Positions 13,266-25,394 of a stretch of DNA of 64,000 nt are shown here, piece by piece. The stretch covers positions 13,332,001 to 13,396,000 of the forward strand of contig CM052818.1 in assembly GCA_028534125.1 (NCBI GenBank), given 5' to 3'. Numbering within the stretch: the first letter of the stretch is position 1; each line of letters opens with the position of its first letter. The notes under the pieces are model-generated. The model saw only the letters and a list, made by a program, of their open reading frames with translations, did not search any database and was not told the origin of the DNA. The stretch is from Lama glama (lineage: Eukaryota). The translations under genes and the position numbers were made by a program.

Positions 13266-13689
13266 AATATTGGCTTTCTAACCTGTATGGTCTATATAAA
13301 GGTCATCAAGAGAAATAGAAACTGAACTAGGGGAGAAACTCTCCACTCTTCTGTCAAGATGGGGACAGAAACAGCTCCCTGATTGTGCTGGCCCTTCCAG
13401 ACTGCCACCATACAAGGCTGCCTGCCTTGTAGAAGGACACAGACTCAGACAGGCATCCTCAGACACCCCTGAAGCAATATTATTTTCAGTGTACACACAC
13501 GAAGTAACAGATATCTGTGCTACATTTGAAGGTGGGATAGTTCAACCAGCAGCAATACCTGGCCTAGGAATCAGGAGACAAGGAATCTGAGCCCGGTTAC
13601 ATTATTTCTCAGGCCTCAGCTGACCCGTCTGTACCACGGAGATAGGTGTTGGTATTTCTCACCCAAGAAGCACATCATTTCCTCCCCAA

Positions 13690-14290
13690 CCAATCCTTTC
13701 CCCACATTGCTGCCAAAGTGGTCATCTCAAAACCAAATCTATTCATGTCACCACACTACTGTGCTGCTTTAAACAATCCATTTGCTTCCAGTTGCTCTAA
13801 GGTTAAAGCCCAACTATCCTAAGCACAGCCCTCATGGCCGTGCGAGGTCTAGCCCTCCCTATCACCTTCCACCACGCATCCAACACTGCCCTCACACCAG
13901 CTTTCCTTCAGGTCTTCACACTGGCTTATGCGCCCTCTGCCTCTGTATACACTGCTCTCCAGTGCCTGGGTATCTCTCCTCTCTGCCTGTCCCCAGAGCA
14001 CTTCTGCTCAGTCATAGCTTCCTAGGGGAGCCTTGCACACCTGTCTGACAGGAAAAGCTCACCCTGTGGTCTTCACTCAGAGCTTCATCTCTCCCTCCCT
14101 CAAGCTACTTAGAACAGTTGTAATTTTATAATATTTGCATGATTCTGTAATTAATGTCTCTGTTTGTCCTGTTGCATCTCACCTGCTAAAATGCAACTTC
14201 CATGAATGCAGGCGCTTTTTAAAGTCTCCCCAATTCTTAGCACATAGCAGGTCCTTGATAAATCTTTGTTGAATGATTGATTGAATATTA
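13690..14290 (+). mobile_element. L2 LINE 3' fragment
   Basis: ccacattgctgccaaagtggtcatct...catgtcacc...ttagcacatagcaggtccttgataaatctttgttgaatgattgattgaat. Confidence 0.75.
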
Positions 14291-17200
14291 TCCTTCCTGC
14301 CTCCCAGATTACCAAAGAGCTGTGTAACTAGTAGATGCTCAATTAACCCAGTAGGCTTGAATTGACTACAGACATAACAATAAACATGACATTTAGACTC
14401 CTCTCCCCGACCAAAAAAAAAAGAAAGAAAAAAGGAAAAGGAAAAAAAAGAAAAGCTATTATGCCAAATCAACTAAGAAAACAAGTCAATACAAAAAAAA
14501 AGCATTTTGCAAACTAAATTACAGGGTAAACATAAATTCTTACTTGCTTCCTTTTTAGAAATAGGTACAGTATAAATATATATATCTAATACAGGGTATA
14601 ATTGTTACTGACAGACTATAGAGAAAGTTATTAAGTTAAAGTCTCTGAAAGGATTTAAAGAGTCAAATCCCATTGAAACATGCTTTTTTTTTTTTTTAAC
14701 CCAAAGTTCGGATAAACCACAGGGTAGACTTGTCGAAGTCTCAGTTTCTTCATCTTTATGATGAAGGGTTGCACTAAATGATCCTTAACACCACTTGAAC
14801 TCTAAGATTCTGACATTATGACAATTAACACACAACAATAAGAATCAAGAAAGTCTACCCATGCACAACGCAAAGTCCACTTCATGGACACTACTTTGTG
14901 GACACTGACAAGCCCTCCTTAGGTGAAGCCCAAGCTTGCCTCCCCTCCCTACACATCTTCTCTATCTGGAGGTGCCTCCCCTCCTTGCCTCTGCTTCTCT
15001 TTGCTCTTAGAATAACTGTCAGCAAGATTGATTTAAAACCACGTGCTCTCTTTCCCTCAGGGCCTTTGCCTTTGAATCTTCTCTCTCAATGTGGTGAAAG
15101 TTGTCTCCTGCCCCCAGGAGAAGGGATTTCAGGCATTAAGCCACTGGCAGGAGAGGTGTTTACCAAACAGGACCCTGTCTGCCAGCAAAGACAGCTTCCT
15201 TCCTCAGTCTCTGAATGAGAGCACCTCCTCCTAGGATGCAGGACAGGTGAGGTAAACTCAGAGAAGGGGCAAAGCCCCAACCCAAATATTACCTATTCAG
15301 ACTTCATTCAAATGCATTTGTGTATATGTTCACAAAAATATATGCAGCTGAATTGTCTTGCAAAACTGATGCACAAAAATTCAACCTTGTAATATTAGAA
15401 ACTATTCATTATTAATTAACTAGTTTTGACATTGCAAGATAAATCATTTCTTGGTCACCTGGAATAACAAAATCACCTTCTGGGTGTGCAATTTATTGAA
15501 AATATTTTACATAAAGCATTTCAAGCCTTAATATATAAGGGCTGTCAAATCTCTGCAAAATATGCATATGACACATTGAGCAAAATGTAAAATGTAAAAG
15601 AACACACTTGTGTAAATATAATCATCAATTAATTTAAATGCTTCTTCACAATGTCTTACTGACCATGTAATTATCCATTAAACAATGAGTAATCACTTGC
15701 AATAATACAGTTTATCTAGTATACAGAGTATATAAAGTATTATTATCATGATATATAGTATTTTAACTATTTTTTAGCATTTGGAAGAAAGATTAGGTAA
15801 AACAGAATAAGTCAGAATAAAGCACAAAATTTAACTAAAAATTAAAATTTTAAGTTAATATTAAAAATTTGACAGATGGAGTAATTCTGCTAAAGACTTC
15901 AGTTTCAACTTTTAAATTCTAAACTTTTAGTATGATTATGTTTATGGAAACTTTAAAAAAATTTCTGAGTGAACTGTGTGTGCTAGAAACAGCGTTCTAA
16001 ATTTGAAGATTTTAAATAGATACCTAAAATTACTCATGAAATATACAAATTTTTAAATGCAATGCAAAATAAATCTGTACTTCAAAAATATGTAGCATGT
16101 TGGTAAGCACTTAATCAAAAACTATGCCATTTCTAGCTCCTTTATGTTATCAATAGGTATACTGTCTTCTGTACAAGTGCAGCATGAGCTATATAACACA
16201 CTTGATTTAACCGATTTTATTATGATTAGGCTTGTTAATTTTTTTGGAATTGATTATGCGAGAGAAGAGGGAAAGAGAGAGTATGTGTTCTGGATGAGAT
16301 TTCTTTTTATGAAGAATTTAACTCAGTAAAATCTCTATTTTTTGGAAAGAAGCAAATTTATTGTTTTTATAAATGTTTAATCAAACTACATTAAGAAATA
16401 AAAAAATAATCCTGAGGCTTGAGAACTTTCCAAACCATTCCTCATTTGAGCTACAGAGTTGACAAAACCATACCAAATGATGTTCAGTTTCCTTATTTTG
16501 TAGCCATTAGTTGTTTGGAGTATAATTATGGAGTTCCTCAAAGCATACTTCCTTCTGTTGATAATCATTAAGAAAGGACATAGCATACCTAATTCAGTTC
16601 ACTCAAATTTGGCAGATTGCAGAGTGAATTTCTTACCCCAACATTAGTGTTACAGTGCGCACAAGTTTAACTGTAGTTAGCAACTTTCATTCACCGCTTT
16701 TTAGCATCTTATAGTAAAGGCGTGGATAAGAAGGAGGGGGAAATAAAGCTTTGACAGATGGTACTCAGCGTTTGACTCCTGCTGAGCTCAGCAGGACCTG
16801 TGGTTTCCAAGGTTAGGGCTGTCAAAATGGCTCTGTCTATTAAGTGAATAACAAAGTGTAGACTGCCTGTTCGTTTCCTATACAAAACTTAGATTTCATG
16901 TGCCATTATTGTCGGTCTTTCTGCTGATTTAATAACTCCCAAAGAGAAGAACTGAGGATTCTGATGCAGCCTCACTGTGTGAGAAGCTACTTGGAAAGGG
17001 AATGCTCAAGAGCTGAAAGAGGTAGGCCAAGATCTGATCTCTTTCTCTTTAGTTTCTCTGCAAGGTTTCACGGCTTGAAAAGGATTCAAAAGCCACCAAA
17101 GTTTCCTTTTTGGCTAAAAGCTAAATGTGAATCTTTCAAAATGAACTGATGATGTGTCTCTCTGAAAAGGGTAAAATATTTTTATTAAGAATCCTTGGGG

Positions 17201-18857
17201 TGGTAGGTACTTGTTCAGCTGGAAATATTGAGAATGAAAAGGAAAGTGTTTCTGTTAGGAAATACGTTGCTGTGTTTAGGTGTATTTCAGGGCCCATTTC
17301 TCACCTTTCATAGCTCTTAATATTAAAACCACCCCCCTTTTCCCCCCAACTATGTCTAGAGCCTTCAGATGGTCAGAGAAAGTATCTAATGCTGAAAGAC
17401 AGAGAGCTGAATAATGTCATCAAAATCTGCCTTTTGTCTCGTGCTGCTACAGCTTTTTTTCCCGGTAAGTCATGTTTTTCTTTATGTGTATTTTGTGATC
17501 TAAAGATTGTTATTGACCTCCTGAGATTCTAATTAAAGGCCTGTTGGTGGATTCACAAACCCAGACTTCTTATTAAGATGATGCTGAAATGAGGATTGTG
17601 GTAGTACCTCTGCATATGCTAATAATTGTTTTTCAATGTTTAATTTGTAATACGATATTTAAAGCAAAACTTCAGATTGTTATTTCAAAAGGACAAAGTA
17701 AAATTAAAATGTGACCTTTTGAAAGTGACAGAGTTGGACACACTTTAATCCTCTCCTGTTACTAAGAATTTTCATTGCTATTTTTGATAAGCTGGCAAAA
17801 GAAGTACATTATCTTGTCTCTTTTTTGACACTGGCTTAAGCAGACACATTCACCCGTGTGGTGACTGTTCCCTACTAGTGTGTCTAAAAGAAGAGTTTCT
17901 TGCTACAATATAGTTGAAGAATTTCCCTCAACAAATATTTAGTTTATATAAATCCTACGATCAAAATGAAAATGTTATTTGAAAGGATGACTATTTATTA
18001 TTATTTTTAGTATATTTACTTTGAACACTTAATTAAAATGTTTTAAAGTGGCTATCTTCTTTTAAAACTTTTTTTTAACTCCAACCCAGCAGTCCCCTCT
18101 CTGAGACACTACATAGCAGATCTTCAACAAATGTTACTGAATTGAATTTAAAAGGATATTAAATATTGAATAAAAGGAATTCTTGAATTGAAATAAAAGA
18201 GATACAACTTTTGCTTCCAATTGTTATAAGAGATTATCAAATGCCCATTTAGCATAAATCCTTTTCCAGTTGTGCTTGCTTTTTTATTTTGGAAATGTAT
18301 AATGCCTTTAATCATCTCTGTAGACAATAATGATAAACAAAAATTTGGAAAAAAATTCTAAACCAAGATGAAATTTTCTTCTCTCTTTCCTCTCTCTACC
18401 TCTTTGCTTACCTTGTTCAATAAGGCAGTTTCTAAGCTTCTCTCTAACAACCTAGACCATCCCCCAAAGGAGTTTTTGTTAATGGTAAACTTGCTGAATC
18501 AAATTTGCTTTTCATGTGTTTGCAGTTTTTGAAGAGTCTCTGTGGGGTTTCTTCATGTGTCTGTGGGGAAAGTGTGCTTCTGTAATTTCATCCATGTCCA
18601 TAAACTATAAGTCCCTGGAAATTAAGTCCTTCCGTGGCAGGAAGTCAGCAATCCTAGAGGAAGGAAATGGAACTAAAACAGATATGATATTCAAGAACTG
18701 CTATCACGTACTTAGCCACACCAAAACCTTTTTGATTCTAATCCACAGAACTGGCCCAGAACTCTGGGACCAAGAAGTCAAAATGTCCAGGTTAACTAAT
18801 ATAACTAATATGCTCTAACTGCACCACACCCTTCAGTTTTATTTAATCTTTAAAAGC

Positions 18858-19325
18858 TTTAAGTTGTGGTAAAATATACATAACAAAATCTACCATCTTA
18901 ACCACTTTAAAATATGCAGTTAATAGTGTTGTATATTCACATCATTATGCAACCAACCTCCAGAACTCTTTTTATCTTGCAAAACTGAAACTCTGTATCC
19001 ATTAGAAAATTCCCCATTATTCTAGCCCCTACCAATCACCATTCTACTCTCTGTCTCCGTGAATTTGACTACTCTAATTAATTCATCTGAGTGGAATCAT
19101 ACAGTATTTGTCTTTTTGTAACTGGTTTATTCCTCTTAAAATAATGTCCTCAAGGTTTATCCATGTTGTAGCATGTGTCAGAATTTCCTCCCTTTTTAAA
19201 GCTAAATAGTATTCCAGTGTGTGTATATATCACAGTTTATTTATCCATTCATCCATAAATAGACATTTGGGTTGCTTCCACCTTTTGACTATTTTTAATA
19301 ATGCTGCTATGAACATGGGAATACA
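18858..19325 (-). mobile_element. L1MB-type 3' fragment
   Basis: ttgtggtaaaatatacataac...atcttgcaaaactgaaactctgt...gtggaatcatacagtatttgtctttttg...aatgctgctatgaacatgg. Confidence 0.85.
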
Positions 19326-21124
19326 AGCTTCAGTTGTTTTAGAATGTGATTACTGCAAGCTATAGAGTAAATAAAGACCACAGCGCACATGGTATGAAGA
19401 ATGGCAGAGGATTACAATAATAAAACCATAGCCAATGTTTATTAAGTGCTTACTATGTGCCAGGGACTGCACCATGCACATTACTGGTATTAACTCTATG
19501 AGAGATCTGATTCTCATTCTACTATATTCAAATTGTTCCTTGTAACCCTCTAACAAAACTAAAAAGTAAGAATATGACACAGTACTAACAGGAATGTGTG
19601 AGGTAAAATGAGCTTTCTCTTTCAGAGGATCCCTAAATGTGCCTACCTAACAAAAGTAAAGTGGAGGATTGTGAACAGTGATCATTTAATATATATTCAC
19701 ATAATTAGGGTCATATAATCCCCAAGACCCTACCACTGAGGGGAATGTGAGGAGTGAGTCTAAATGAATCTACATTTTCCTCTTCATAGTCAAAACTTAC
19801 CACTTCATGGTGTCTCTAGAAACAAAGACTGTACATAAGTACCCTTATCATTATAAATAGTTTTATTAGCTCTTCTGGTTCTATGGTTATGAGTTTAGGT
19901 TATAGATCTTTCTGTGTTCATTTCCAAAGCATAACCCTAACTCTTGTAGTGACTAAATTGTATCCAAGGAAACAAAGAAAAAATTTTTTCAGTTTTTAAA
20001 AAATTCTAAGGTCCTGGAGACAAGCATTTGAATATCACTGACCTAACGTATAAGTAAGTGCATGTTTGACAACCCATAAAGACACCCTACCAGAAAAGGC
20101 TTTGCAAATCAAGCTCAGGAGAAGCCTTGAGGTGCAGTATTGTTTGAATTCTATGCAAATCAAGTGACAAGTCCTTATTTGACCAAAATCTAGGTATTTC
20201 AAATAGAGTTCAGATAAGCGATTGATCAGGTCTGCATTTTTTTTTTCAGTGATAGCTACAGATAAAGTTCAATATTAACTTAAAAGAATTTTTTCACTTA
20301 CTTTCAGCCAGCATTTTCAGCAGATGAAATTTTTACAAGTTTTATTTTGTTTTAAGCCAAATTATTACAATGGAAGCATCCTCTATATCCCAATTCAAGA
20401 ATTTGCTATCCTACTGATAGTAACTATATTCAACCTTCAGCCTGGTTTAGGGAATTCTGTGGTATATCTTTCATCTGTGGTTTCAGAAGATGTGAATTCT
20501 GCAAACCAGACAGAAGAGGGAGCTATCCATCTGGAAATTAACCGATCCTTTCAAAAATATGTCAAATAAATACAGAAGGAAATTCTAATATGATCAAGTC
20601 TTATCTTATTTGGTCTTGTATTTTATAGCAACACTATAAATTTTCTGGTGCATTAAAAACAAGAAAGAAAACTACTAGTAAAGGCAAAAACAATGAGCTA
20701 AATTAATGAAAAGGCAAAACATACAAACCATTAAAAGGTCAATTAAAAATACATTCACATTTTATGGTTTGATCTCATAAATTTCATACTAAAACACAGA
20801 ACTAGAACGTACCGCCAAAAGGCCAAAGTAATATTCCACTTCCATATACATCACTAATATTACTTTCCTATAGATCCTGATCATAAAATGGAACTCTGAC
20901 TTTAAAACTGGTAACATCTGGAAATAATGGCAAAATAGAAAAGCTGTTGGGCTGCATCTGTCTTGAAAATGCTATGTAATAAGATTTACTTAATATATTT
21001 GAAAGAGAAAAAAATGTTTTGTTCCCCAATTTGTTGCAACATCTGAAAGTTCATGAGGTTATGACCCCTCTTTAAGAAAGCATCTCCCACCACCTGCAAA
21101 AACCTCAGGAAAAGCAGTTGGAAA

Positions 21125-21230
21125 CAATAAAACACGTGCTAGTTAACTGTTACCAGGGAAACGGTTCTGGTTCACCAATCCGAGCGCCTGCGCTTCCCAG
21201 TGGCTTTGTTTGAGGGAGACATGCGCCAGC
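21125..21230. promoter_or_regulatory. Candidate compact promoter (E-box, RFX X-box, MYB, CCAAT, NRF1)
   Basis: Within about 60 bp: CACGTG 21133-21138, GTTACCAGGGAAAC 21149-21162, AACGGTT 21160-21166, CCAAT 21175-21179 and GCGCCTGCGC 21184-21193. CpGs are locally retained in otherwise CpG-depleted DNA. Confidence 0.5.
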
Positions 21231-23734
21231 TGTTAGTGAATAACCATTGTTGTAGATCATCAGGAAATCACAGTCAGCAGGCAACCCAGCCCCACTGGAA
21301 GTTTATTTCTCATATTTGTTCATCACCAGGGCAATCCTCCACCTTTAAAACATCCCCTTAGGCTAAGTTAACTAAATAACGCCCTGCACCAACAGGATCG
21401 CTTAAAGGAGGCAAGTTGCAGAATGGTCTTTTTGCACAGCAAACAGATTTCTAACTTTGATTCTAATTGCATTGCCCTGCTGCCCTCTTTACTTTTCAGC
21501 AGCAGTTACAGGGCAAGTATCTAAAGTCAGTGCCCCTTTGGGTGCTGTCCTTCCTTGCCTTGATTGGCCAGTCAGAAACACACAACAAACACCCCCATCA
21601 CCACCACTAAGAGTTTTCAGAAATTATTGCCTTACCCCAGCCTGGAGAGTGCAGTATGACTGGCAAATAAGAGATTCTGCAGGGGAAGTTTGGGGCTGCT
21701 ATCAGGGGAGGTTCTGAGAGGATAAAGCTCTGGGTCCCTTTCTCCCCAACACACACACACTTAAAATCAGAATGGCCCCCACTTTACCAATTTTATATTT
21801 TTTAATAAACTTATAAATCCATAGATTTTCTTTGAAACAAGATGGCATTGCTTTTTTCAAAGTTTAAAAGCCAATGAGCTCCAAACCCATACAATCATCA
21901 TACTTATCCAGAAAAGTGGAGATTTCCAGACTTCTGATTTCCCACTTGGTTTATAAGTAGCACAGTAGTCACCACTCCATCCTAACGATAAGTCAAAATT
22001 TTGAATAAACTGAAAAATCCAGAATTTTTCTTAGATTCCTTAGAGAACTGAGTTCATAGGACAGCCCACTGCCCCAAAATTGGAGAGGCAAGTGAATACA
22101 GAGAATCACAACTTACTGCAGCAGAAACCCCACAGGAACCAGTGCCTATTTGGGAAAACCTAACCTGTAATTGATGAATTGCTGAAGGCTCAGTGTGGAC
22201 AAGTCTGAGAGTTAAAATATCCAGGAGAACTCAGTCATAGAAGGGCCCTCACACTTTTGTGAGTTTCACCTCCAGGAGCTTGACCTAACAGGTCTTAACA
22301 GTGTATACTGGAGAAAATCTTGTGATTCCACCAGGACAAGAGAAAAAGAAACCATCTTGAAATATACCAGAGCATCCCATTCTTCTTAAGCAGGCCTGCT
22401 CTCAGGTAAAACTATTTTACCAGAGTCCAACTGACCTGGGGGAAGGGAAATGCCCAACTCTAGCTCCCTCCAGCCATCCCATCCTACCTAAGGTGAGGGT
22501 ATTAGGAGACTGAGAAGCACTGGTGAAATTCACAGTCCAGGGGCACAGGCTCACCAAAGACTGAGACCAAATCATAGAACTGTAGAACACTTCCCTTCAC
22601 CCCCCCCACAACCTTACCACCATATTACTAAAGGCCTATTTACCAATAGGTAAAATGAACTTTTACCCAGTACATCATGCCTACCTTTAAACAAAAAACC
22701 AAAACAAAACAAAAGACAAAGCAAAGTTAAAGGCAAAAAACACAACTTGGGATTATCAGACCATACATTAAAAAAAAACAAAACTATGATAAAGTCTGCA
22801 CTGGAAAAAGCAGACAACATGCAGGAACAGATGTTGTAGGCAGAGAGATGAAAGTTTTAAGTAAGATCAAGAAGTAATTCTAGAGTTCAAAAAACACTAA
22901 AACAGAAATGAAGAATGCCTTTGATAGGTTAGTTAGCAGACTGGACACAGAAGAGGAAAGAATCTCTGAGGTTGAGAATATGACAACAGAAACTTCCAAA
23001 GCTGAAAAACAAAGAGAAAAATGACTGAAAAAAAAAAGAACAGAATATACAAGAATATGAGATAACTGCAAAGGGTATAGCACATGTGTAATGGGAATAC
23101 AAAATGTAGAAGAAAGAAAGGAACAGAAGCAATATTTGAAGCAACAATGATGGAGAATTTCCCCCAATTTATGTCAGACATCAAACCACAGTTCCAGGAA
23201 GCTCAGAGAACACTAAGCAGGATAAATGCAAAAAACAAAACAAACAAACAAAATACCACAAAACAAAATTACCTAGGCATAGCATATTCAAAAGTCAGAA
23301 AATCAATGATTAAAAAAAGTCAGAAAAAGTCAGAAGAAAAAAAGTACCTTATCTATAAAGAAGCAAGGTTAATAATATTAGCCTTATCCCAGAAACCATG
23401 TAAGCAAGAAGAGAGTGGAATGAAATGTTTCAAGTGTTGAGAGAAAAAACCCACCAACCTGGAATTCATACCTTGTGAAATTATCTTTCACATGTTAAGA
23501 AGAAATAAGACTTTCTCAGACAGATAAAAACTGAGGAAATTTGTTGCCAGCCGATCTGCCTTAAATGTTAAAAGTTCTTCAGAGAGAAGAAAATTGATAT
23601 GAGCCAGAAACTCTGATCTAAATAAATAAAAAGAGAGCACCCGAAGATGGATAAATAAAGGTAAAATAAAAACTTTTATTTTTCTTATTCTTACTTGATT
23701 TAACAGATAGTAGTTGTTCAAAATAATAATAGCA

Positions 23735-25394
23735 TCTCCCAGACTCCAGACAATACTATAGAGCTACAGTCATCAAGACAGCATGGTACTGGTACAAAAA
23801 CAGACATATAGACCAATGGAACAGAAAAGAGAGCCCAGAAATGAACCCACAAACTTTTAGTCAACTAGTCTTCAACAAAGGAGGCAAGAATATACAATGG
23901 AATCAAGACAGTCTCTTCAGCAAATGGTGTTGGGAAAACTGGACAGCAGCATGTAAAACAATGAAGCTAGAACACTCCCTTATGCCATACACAAAAATAA
24001 ACTCAAAATGGATCAAAGACTTAAACATAAGACAAGATACATAAACCTCCTTGAAGAGAATATAGGCAAAACATTATCTGACGTACATCTCAAAAATGTT
24101 CTCCTAGAACAGTCTATTCAAAAGCAATAGAAATAAAAGCAAGAATAAACAAATGGGACCTAATGAAACTTACAAGCTTCTGCACAGCAAAGGAAACCAT
24201 AAGTAAAACACAATGACAACCTACAGAATGGGAGAAAATTTTTGCAAATGAAACCGACAAAGGCTTGATCTCCAGAATATATAAGCAGCTCATACAACCT
24301 AATAAGAAACAACCAAACAACCCAATCCAAAAATGGGCAGAAGACCTAAACAAGCAATTCTCCAAAGAAGAAATACAAATGATCAATAGGCACATGAAAA
24401 AATGCTCAATATCACTAATTATCAGAGAAATGCAAATCAAAACTAAAATGAGGTATCACCTCATACCAGTCAGCATGGCCATAATTCAAAAATCCACAAA
24501 TGACAAATGCTGGAGAGGCTGTGGAGAANNNNNNNNNNNNNNNNNNNNNNNNNNNNNNNNNNNNNNNNNNNNNNNNNNNNNNNNNNNNNNNNNNNNNNNN
24601 NNNNNNNNNNNNNNNNNNNNNNNNNNNNNNNNNNNNNNNNNNNNNNNNNNNNNNNNNNNNNNNNNNNNNNNNNNNNNNNNNNNNNNNNNNNNNNNNNNNN
24701 NNNNNNNNNNNNNNNNNNNNNNNNNNNNNNNNNNNNNNNNNNNNNNNNNNNNNNNNNNNNNNNNNNNNNNNNNNNNNNNNNNNNNNNNNNNNNNNNNNNN
24801 NNNNNNNNNNNNNNNNNNNNNNNNNNNNNNNNNNNNNNNNNNNNNNNNNNNNNNNNNNNNNNNNNNNNNNNNNNNNNNNNNNNNNNNNNNNNNNNNNNNN
24901 NNNNNNNNNNNNNNNNNNNNNNNNNNNNNNNNNNNNNNNNNNNNNNNNNNNNNNNNNNNNNNNNNNNNNNNNNNNNNNNNNNNNNNNNNNNNNNNNNNNN
25001 NNNNNNNNNNNNNNNNNNNNNNNNNNNNTAAGCCAGAAAGAGAAAGAAAAATACCATATGAGATCACTCATACGTGGAATCTAAAAAACAAACAAACAAA
25101 CAAACAAAGCATAAATACAAAACAGAAATAGACTCATAGACATAGAAGACAAACTTGTGGTTGCCATGGGTTGCAGAGGGTGGGAAGGGATAGACAAGAT
25201 TTCAGAATTGTAGAATAAATAAACAAGATTAAACTGTATAGCACAGGGAAATATACACAAGATCTTATGGTAGCTCACAGAGAAAAAAATGTGACAATGA
25301 ATATATACATGTTCATGTATAACTGAAAAATTGTGCTCTATACTGGAATTTGACACAACATTGTAAAATGATTATAAATCAATAAAAAATGTTA
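23735..25394 (+). mobile_element. Young 5'-truncated L1 inserted in the old L1 between ORF1 and ORF2
   Basis: Low-divergence ORF2 C-terminal peptides ([30 protein letters not shown]...CWRGCGE), followed by the same 3' UTR as 2858-3073. Contains a 500-N gap. Confidence 0.92.
24529..25028. other. Assembly gap (500 N)
   Basis: Run of N inside the young L1. Confidence 0.99.

Noticed and set aside
20426..20547. Further antisense exon candidate
   Set aside because: The donor (AAG|GTTGAA) is weak and the acceptor ambiguous, so there is not enough support.
24265..25131. Long ORFs (174-288 aa) in the ORF track
   Set aside because: Artefacts of the 500-N gap; the real residues are L1 ORF2 C-terminus.
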